NCBI GenBank assembly: GCA_958296175.1
Contig: OY282448.1
Span: 719,899 to 783,898 of the forward strand
Direction of reading: 5' to 3'
Source: an uncultured Chloroflexota bacterium
GTDB lineage: Bacteria > Chloroflexota > UBA11872
DNA length: 64,000 nucleotides
Shown: piece by piece, positions 57,998 to 64,000 of the stretch
Numbering within the stretch: position 1 is the stretch's first letter
How the letters are laid out: every line of letters starts with the position of its first letter
Notes under the pieces: generated by a model
Database searches by the model: none
Told to the model about the DNA's origin: nothing
What the model saw: only the letters and a program-made list of their open reading frames with translations
Made by a program: the position numbers and the translations under genes

Positions 57998-59184
57998 CGC
58001 GCGACGCCGTGCAGGCCGCGGTCGCAAGCATCCGCCGCGGCGGGATTGCGGCGGTGGTGGACGACGGGCAGGCGCGCCCGGACGTGGACCTGGTGACCGC
58101 CGGGGCCACCCTGACGACGGAAACCCTGGCAACCCTGCGCGCGCTCGGCGGCGGCGCGGTCTACGCGCCCGCCGCGCCGCGGCTGCTGGACGCCTGCGGG
58201 ATTGCCGAGCGGCCGCCGGACGCGCGCGACCCGCTGGCGCGCCGCGCGGCCGCAACCGCATCCGTGGGGCTTGCGGGTCGCGCGGGGCAGGACGGCGACG
58301 CCGCGGTCGCGGCCGTGGTGCGCGCCCTGGCCGCGCCGAACCCCGCGAGCGGCGCGTTCGGCTCGCCCGGCCCCGTGACGCCGCTGCGGGCGCGCGAGGG
58401 CGGCGTGCTGCGGCGCCTGGGCCACACCGAGGCAGCCGTGGACCTGGCGGCGCTAGCGGGTCTTTCGCCCGTGGCCGTGCTGACGCGCGTCGACACGCCG
58501 AACCCGGCGGCGCTGGGGACGGTGTTTCACGCGCCCGGCGGCGCGCGCCTGCCGGTCGTCCGCATCAGCCAGATCGTCCACCACCGGCGCACCACCGAGC
58601 GCGTGGTCGACCGCGTGTCCACCGCGCGCCTGCCCACGCGCCAGGCCGAGTTCCAGGCGGTGGCCTTCCATGACCGCACCACGCGCGAGGACCATCTGGC
58701 GCTCACGCTGGGCGACCTGCGCGGCGCGCCGCCGCCGCTGGTGCGGGTGCATTCCGAATGTTTGACCGGCGACGTGTTCGGGTCGCAGCGCTGCGACTGC
58801 GGCGCCCAGCTGGACGCGGCGCTGGCGCACCTGGCCGCCGAAGGCCGCGGCGTGGTGCTCTACGTGCGGCAGGAAGGCCGCGGGATTGGCCTGGCCAACA
58901 AGCTGCGCGCCTACGAGCTGCAAGACCGCGGCCTGGACACCGTGGACGCCAACAGCCACCTGGGGTTTGCCGCCGACCTGCGCGATTACGGCGTAGGCGC
59001 CCAGATTCTGCGCGAGCTGGGCATCACCCGCCTGCGGCTGCTGACCAACAATCCCAAGAAGACCGAGGGGTTCCGCGCGTACGGCCTGGACGTGGCGGCG
59101 CAGCTGCCGCTGACGGTCGAACCCGGCGAACACAACCGCCGCTACCTGACGGCCAAACGCGAGCGCCTGGGCCACGACTTATGA
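57994..59184 (+). CDS. ribBA: RibBA-type fusion: degenerate DHBP synthase domain + GTP cyclohydrolase II
   Basis: [26 protein letters not shown] and TNNP intact; N-terminal domain keeps GHTEA but lacks DRENEGD. Confidence 0.9.
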   Translation: MTRDAVQAAVASIRRGGIAAVVDDGQARPDVDLVTAGATLTTETLATLRALGGGAVYAPAAPRLLDACGIAERPPDARDPLARRAAATASVGLAGRAGQDGDAAVAAVVRALAAPNPASGAFGSPGPVTPLRAREGGVLRRLGHTEAAVDLAALAGLSPVAVLTRVDTPNPAALGTVFHAPGGARLPVVRISQIVHHRRTTERVVDRVSTARLPTRQAEFQAVAFHDRTTREDHLALTLGDLRGAPPPLVRVHSECLTGDVFGSQRCDCGAQLDAALAHLAAEGRGVVLYVRQEGRGIGLANKLRAYELQDRGLDTVDANSHLGFAADLRDYGVGAQILRELGITRLRLLTNNPKKTEGFRAYGLDVAAQLPLTVEPGEHNRRYLTAKRERLGHDL

Positions 59185-59240
59185 CCGCCGCCGCGTCCGC
59201 CCCGCACGTGCGGTTCCGTTCGGCCGCGAGGCTCTCCTGA

Positions 59241-59765
59241 ATGGATGGTCCCCCAATGTCCACCGCCGCACCTGCCCCGCACGTGATCGACCCGCCGCCG
59301 GACGGGGCGGGTCTGCGCGTGGCCATCGCCGCCGCGCGGTTCAACGAGTTCTTCGTGGGCCACCTGCTGGGCGCCTGCCGGCGCGAGCTGCGGCTGCACG
59401 GCGTGGACGACGCCGACGTGACGATTGCCTGGGCGCCTGGGTCGTTCGAGCTTCCTTTCGCGGCGCGCGAGCTGATCGACGCCGGGCCGCCGGACGCCGT
59501 CGTCTGCCTGGGCTGCATCATCCGCGGCGAAACCTCGCACTACGACCACGTGGCGCAGGAGTCCGCCCGCGGCATCGCGCGCGTGACCCTGGACACCCGC
59601 ACCCCCGTGATCTACGGCATCGTCACGGCGGACACGGTGGAACAGGCCATCAACCGCTGCGGCGCCAAAGCCGGTAACCGCGGCGCCGACGCCGCCCGCG
59701 CCGCCATTGCCATGGCGCGCCTGGCGCAGGCCTTGCGCACACACCGCCGCCCGGCGGGCGGCTGA
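59241..59765 (+). CDS. ribH: 6,7-dimethyl-8-ribityllumazine synthase
   Basis: ARFN, PGSFELP, LGCIIRGETSHYD, G.KAGNRG. Confidence 0.95.
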   Translation: MDGPPMSTAAPAPHVIDPPPDGAGLRVAIAAARFNEFFVGHLLGACRRELRLHGVDDADVTIAWAPGSFELPFAARELIDAGPPDAVVCLGCIIRGETSHYDHVAQESARGIARVTLDTRTPVIYGIVTADTVEQAINRCGAKAGNRGADAARAAIAMARLAQALRTHRRPAGG

Positions 59766-59781
59766 TCCTGTCGACGGCCGT

Positions 59782-59990
59782 CGGCTCCCCGCGAACGCGG
59801 AGACGGCTACTACCTGCCGACGTTGGTGCACCACTGCACCGCCGGCTCCTCGCGAACGCGGGGACGGCCGTTCGGGATGTGGTCGAGAGTAAGACGGTAG
59901 GTACGGCTCCTCGCGAACGCGGGGCGGCCGCCTCAGGCCCCGAATCCGCGGCGCGGTCTCGGCCGTCGCCCTGCGAGTGCGGGGCGGCGG
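59782..59990 (+). CRISPR. degenerate orphan type I-E-like CRISPR mini-array (4 repeats, 3 spacers of 33 nt)
   Basis: Repeat consensus CGGCTCCYCGCGAACGCGGGGACGGCCG at 59782, 59843, 59904 and a degenerate copy at 59964; period 61/61/60; unique spacers; no cas genes in window. Confidence 0.65.
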
Positions 59991-60077
59991 ACGGACGGCG
60001 ACGGCATGCCGCGGGCGGGGGGTGCCGGCCGTGGGACGGAATGTTTCGTAGCATGGGGAGCGGACGTTGGTCCGTGC

Positions 60078-60151
60078 GGGGCATTCGTCTAGCGGCCAAG
60101 GACACCGCCCTCTCAAGGCGGAGATCGCGGGTTCGAATCCCGCATGCCCTA
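60078..60151 (+). tRNA. tRNA-Glu(CTC), CCA not encoded
   Basis: Cloverleaf: GGGGCAT acceptor, CCGCC-CTCTCAA-GGCGG anticodon arm, GGTTCGAATCC T arm. Confidence 0.95.
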
Positions 60152-60289
60152 CCCCCCCCCCCCCGGCCAGACGGCCGCGTCCCGCGCGTTCCCTGGTGGA
60201 CGACGCGGCCGGATGCCGCAGGCAGATTTTCGCCGATAGGCGCTTCGGCCGCCGCGGGCGGCCGAAGGGACGTGCGCTCGGCGGGGGCG

Positions 60290-61213
60290 TCAGCGCGCCT
60301 CGGCGAACCGCTGCGCCTGGTCGACGATGTTCACGCCCACGCTCTCGCTCCAGGCGTCGATCAGGCGGGCGAAGACCGGGCCGGGCTGGCCGCTGCCCAC
60401 GGGGGCGCCGTTGACGCGCGTGACCGGCAGCAGGCCGTAGGGCGTGCTGCTGAGCAGGGCTTCGTCGGCCACCAGCACGTCGTAGGTGGTCAGGTCGGCC
60501 TCGCGGACCGGGATACCGAGGTCGGCGCTGAGGTCGCGCGCCATGCCCAGGCTCACGCCTTCCAGCGCGGCGCCGGTGCGCGGGGTCAGAATCTCGCCGC
60601 CGCGCACCAGCAGCACGTTGGCGCCGGTGGCTTCGGCGATGCGCCCGCCGCCGTCCAGCAGCAGCGTGTAGGCGCCGGGGTCGAGCGCGTGCGCTTCCTG
60701 CTCGGCACGGGCGAAGACCATGCGGCTGCGCGTCTTCATGCGCGGGTCTTGCGCGGCCGCCTCCACGTGGCGCACCGAGGGAATCACGCAGCGGGCGCCC
60801 TCCAGGTAATGGCGGGCCCAATAGCGGAACCCCAGCTCGTGCGTCCACACCAGCACGTTGGGGCCCGCGCCGCCGCGCCCAACCGTGCCGAAGTGCGGAT
60901 GGCTGCCGCGCGTGACGTTGTGGAAGATCCACGTGTCGCTGCCGTCCGGCAGGTCCGGACGGTTGCGTTCCACGACCTCCAGGGTCGCGGTCGTCAGTTC
61001 GTCCGGCGTCAGTCCAGGGTCGAGGCGCGCGTAGCGCAGCGAGCGGTAGAGCCGCTCGATATGTTCCTGGAGCCTGAACGGCCGCCCGCCAAAGGTGCGC
61101 GCGGCCTCGTACACCACCTCGCCGTAGATGATGGCAAGGTCGTTGGGCCAGTAGCGGGCCTGCTCCAGCGGAACGACCGCCCCGTCCACGTAGGCCCAGG
61201 CGCTGGCGCTCAC
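60290..61213 (-). CDS. class IV aminotransferase (IlvE/Dat/PabC family)
   Basis: YGEVVYE..RT, EHIERL..S, EATGAN, LEGVS. Confidence 0.9.
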   Translation of the reverse strand: MSASAWAYVDGAVVPLEQARYWPNDLAIIYGEVVYEAARTFGGRPFRLQEHIERLYRSLRYARLDPGLTPDELTTATLEVVERNRPDLPDGSDTWIFHNVTRGSHPHFGTVGRGGAGPNVLVWTHELGFRYWARHYLEGARCVIPSVRHVEAAAQDPRMKTRSRMVFARAEQEAHALDPGAYTLLLDGGGRIAEATGANVLLVRGGEILTPRTGAALEGVSLGMARDLSADLGIPVREADLTTYDVLVADEALLSSTPYGLLPVTRVNGAPVGSGQPGPVFARLIDAWSESVGVNIVDQAQRFAEAR

Positions 61214-61436
61214 GCAGGGGTTCCCCACGGCTCCACTCGGCGCCGCCGAGCCTAGCAGCACGGCCGCCCCGGGCGCGAGACGCGCGGCGGCGGCGGAACT
61301 TCCGTGGGACGTGAGGGGGCTCGGGCGCCAACCGCCGCCGGTGGGGCGTGCGGCGGGGGGCGGGCCAGGCTTGCCGCTGGCGTCGACCGGGCTTACGCTG
61401 CCATAGGACGGGATGACAGCGATGGGTTTCGAGGGT

Positions 61437-61709
61437 ATGAGCACGCAACCTGTGCTGCGCCACCGGCGGCCGGAGGGCGTGAAGGTTCGCCGGCTCAGCG
61501 ACTACAAGCGCACGCTGAAACGCCGCATCCGGCGGTTCGAGCTGCGCTACGAGATGCCGACCGAGGAGATGCTCGAACGCACCGCCACCGGCGAGCTGCG
61601 GGAAACGGCCGAGATTTCACGATGGCAATACGACGCGGACGTGCTCGCTCGCCTGGCCGCCAACGGGGCGAACGGCACGGCTGGCTCCGGTTCAAACGCT
61701 ACGAGCTGA
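61437..61709 (+). CDS. putative antitoxin (TumA-like)
   Basis: IRRFELRYEMPTEEM...GEL.ET...W pattern; overlaps the downstream gene. Confidence 0.6.
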   Translation: MSTQPVLRHRRPEGVKVRRLSDYKRTLKRRIRRFELRYEMPTEEMLERTATGELRETAEISRWQYDADVLARLAANGANGTAGSGSNATS

Positions 61710-62140
61710 TTCATCGGGAAGTCCTGGCCAACCACCCGTTCGTCGTCGAAGACCGCACGCACTTCGTCCCAACCGCGGCCGGGAAGCGGGTGACAGCGTA
61801 CGCCTGCGCGGGTGTCGTAGCTTGCCGGGGAGGCGTCGAGATCGAGGTCGCGAAGCTGTTGGAGGTTCGGGTTCACCACGGCCAGGATGAGGTTCGGGGA
61901 GTGACGTACCGCTACCACGCAAGCGTGGGCAGGGGCGCGTCCAGGCGCAACCTCCTCCGCTACGACAGCGGCCACGCCCACACGCCGGGCGTGTATCACC
62001 GCCACGAATACGACCTGCACACCGGCAAGGATTCTCTGACCCTGTTGACGCGGGAGGAGTTTCCGGTGCTGGGCGACATGGTGGACGAACTGGCGCGAAT
62101 GTTTCCGCAGGCGGGGGCGCCGGACGACCGGCGGCCATAG
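61622..62140 (+). CDS. putative toxin, DUF6516/TumE-like (start uncertain)
   Basis: YRYHA...LLRYDSGH....YHRH motif. Confidence 0.6.
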   Translation: MAIRRGRARSPGRQRGERHGWLRFKRYELIHREVLANHPFVVEDRTHFVPTAAGKRVTAYACAGVVACRGGVEIEVAKLLEVRVHHGQDEVRGVTYRYHASVGRGASRRNLLRYDSGHAHTPGVYHRHEYDLHTGKDSLTLLTREEFPVLGDMVDELARMFPQAGAPDDRRP

Positions 62141-62409
62141 GCGGCGGAGCGGCAGCGGCCAGCAACGCGGCGGGGCGCCCCTGCCCCGGCGTGGAGGCGA
62201 CGGCCAAACCCACGCAGCGGGCGCACCAGAAGCCCTGCCAGCCCGCGGTTGTCGGCGCGGCGGCGTGGATCGGGCGGCGGTTCGGGCCAGAGCTGCGAGA
62301 GCCGCCGCACGCGCGCCGGGCGGGCTACGATCGAGAGATGCACCGACGATCCATCCTGCGCCGCGCGCCCATCGACCCGCTGGGCCTGTCCGCCGCGGCG
62401 TAGGCGCCC

Positions 62410-62988
62410 ATGCCGCTGTTTTCCTCCCGGCGGGAGCGCCGCCTCTGGGCGTGGACGTTGGCCGTGGCGGCGGCGATCTATTCCACGCTGGGGCTGACGG
62501 GGACGCTGGTCGACGCCCTGCGCGACCGCGGGTTGCTGGACGCCTCGCTCGCCCTGGGCATGTTCCTGGCGGCCATGGCCCTGTGCGGGGCGACCGTCCT
62601 GACGCACGGGCTGAAGACTCGCGTGGGCGGCGCAGAAGTTGCCGTCGCGCTGGGCGTGGCCACCGCCTATTTCATGGTGTTCGCCCGCACGACGAGCCTG
62701 GAGGAACGGAGCCACCTGATCGAATACTGCGTCGTGGCCGTTTTCATCCATGCGGCGCTCACGGAGCGCGCCCGTCAGGGACGCCGCGTGCCTGCCCCCG
62801 CCCTGCTGGCCGTGCTGGGCGCGTCGCTGGTCGGCGCGTTGGACGAAGGTATCCAGGCGTTCCTGCCCACCCGCGTGTTCGACCCCGTCGACATTTTGTT
62901 CAACACGCTGGCCAGCGCGATGGCGGTGGTGTCGAGCCTGGCGCTGGGCTGGGCGCGGCGGTTCCGGCCGGGTGGGCCGCGCAGCTAA
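62410..62988 (+). CDS. VanZ-like membrane protein
   Basis: ERSHLIEY, GALDEGIQAFLPTRVFD..DILFN. Confidence 0.85.
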   Translation: MPLFSSRRERRLWAWTLAVAAAIYSTLGLTGTLVDALRDRGLLDASLALGMFLAAMALCGATVLTHGLKTRVGGAEVAVALGVATAYFMVFARTTSLEERSHLIEYCVVAVFIHAALTERARQGRRVPAPALLAVLGASLVGALDEGIQAFLPTRVFDPVDILFNTLASAMAVVSSLALGWARRFRPGGPRS

Positions 62989-63008
62989 CAGGGCGGCGCG
63001 GCCGCGCG

Positions 63009-63083
<75 letters not shown>

Positions 63084-63220
63084 AATCATTCTACCTGCCC
63101 GCGGGCCGCTGCGGCGCCCGACGTGGGAATTTCGGCGCGGGGCGACGGGGCGGCGGGGCGGGCCGCGCGGGGACAGCATCGGCCGCGCGGCGGGCGGGCA
63201 GGGGTCGGGCGTAGGGGGCG

Positions 63221-63540
63221 GGAGCATCGAACCGGGCGGTAAGCCGCATTCTGTCGCGGGCGGCCATCTATCTGGGACCGGCGTTGCCGCCGGCCTCGTG
63301 CGGCCCACCTGGGACTGGGCGAGCAGCCTCGCAGCGTCCCGGCTTGGCCTTGCTTCCGGTAGAGGTTGGCCGTTTCACTCCCGGCGGGGCGCCGGGCATC
63401 GTCACTGTGCCCCTGGTCCGGCCCTTGGCGGCGGGCGGCCGCCTCGGACGGCGGGTGTTACCCGCTACCGTGCTCTGTGAAGTGCGGACTTTCCTCTCGG
63501 GCGGCGGGCCCGAGCGGCCGCCTGCCCGACCCGATGCTCC
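63221..63540 (-). ncRNA. rnpB: RNase P RNA
   Basis: GAGGAAAGTCCGCAC...AGAATGCGGCTTA P4 motifs; complementary ends forming P1. Confidence 0.95.
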
Positions 63541-63835
63541 CGGAGCCATCGTCGCACATTGCGCCGGCGCGGCGATGGGCCGGCGGGCCTGGCTTGCACA
63601 CGCGGGACTTGCAGCGCGCGTGGGGATTGCCGCGGGCCGCACTGGAACGGCCTGTGTCCAGCAGCCGCAGGCCTGGGCGGCGGCCCTTCGCAGGGGAAGA
63701 GTGAGTGTGAGGCTGCGAACTCGTCATGACCCGGCAGGGTATGTCCGGCGGACGGCCGCCGCGTGATGCGGCGATGGTCCAGGTGAACACTCACCCTGGG
63801 TGGCCGCGCGGCCGAAGCCTCGCGGCACAATCCCT

Positions 63836-64000
63836 AGAAAGGAGGTGATCCAGCCGCAGCTTCCGCTACGGCTACCTTGTTACAACTTCGCCCCAATCGC
63901 CAGCCCCGCCCTCGACGGCTGCTCCCCTTGCGGGTTGGCGCACCGTCTTCAGGTGTTGCCGACTTTCATGGCGTGATGGGCGGTGTGTACAACGCCCGGG
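63836..64000 (-). rRNA. rrs: 16S rRNA, 3' end (partial)
   Basis: Plus strand reads AAGGAGGTGATCCAGCCGCA, GGCTACCTTGTTAC, GGGCGGTGTGTACAA. Confidence 0.98.

Overview
High-GC bacterial chromosomal segment, probably Chloroflexota. The assignment is inferred from an RNase P RNA lacking P13/P14, a Chloroflexi-style L,D-transpeptidase, and a 16S gene not followed by 23S. Housekeeping genes include the icd 3' end, purE, rpsF-ssb-rpsR, ffh, panB, coaE, the FMN riboswitch with ribD-ribE-ribBA-ribH, nuoEF, tRNA-Glu, tRNA-fMet, rnpB and the 16S 3' end. They are interleaved with many catabolic and accessory genes (oxidoreductases, a sulfatase, MFS and ABC transporters). The most unusual items are: (1) a tandem pair of lower-GC genes encoding a SeqA-N-like domain plus two Mrr-N-like winged-helix domains and no nuclease; (2) an unrecognised ~45-aa C-x31-C module shared by two unrelated secreted proteins, one with six tandem Cache domains and one with FN3 repeats and an HExxH motif; (3) a probable selenoprotein, an NHLRC2-like thioredoxin-NHL with an in-frame TGA in UxxC that the ORF track missed; (4) a degenerate orphan type I-E-like CRISPR mini-array with three 33-nt spacers next to tRNA-Glu; (5) a RibBA with an apparently inactive DHBP synthase domain; (6) a divergent solo GroEL; and (7) several families of dispersed and tandem repeats. 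All family assignments come from motif recognition by eye; no database searches were run.
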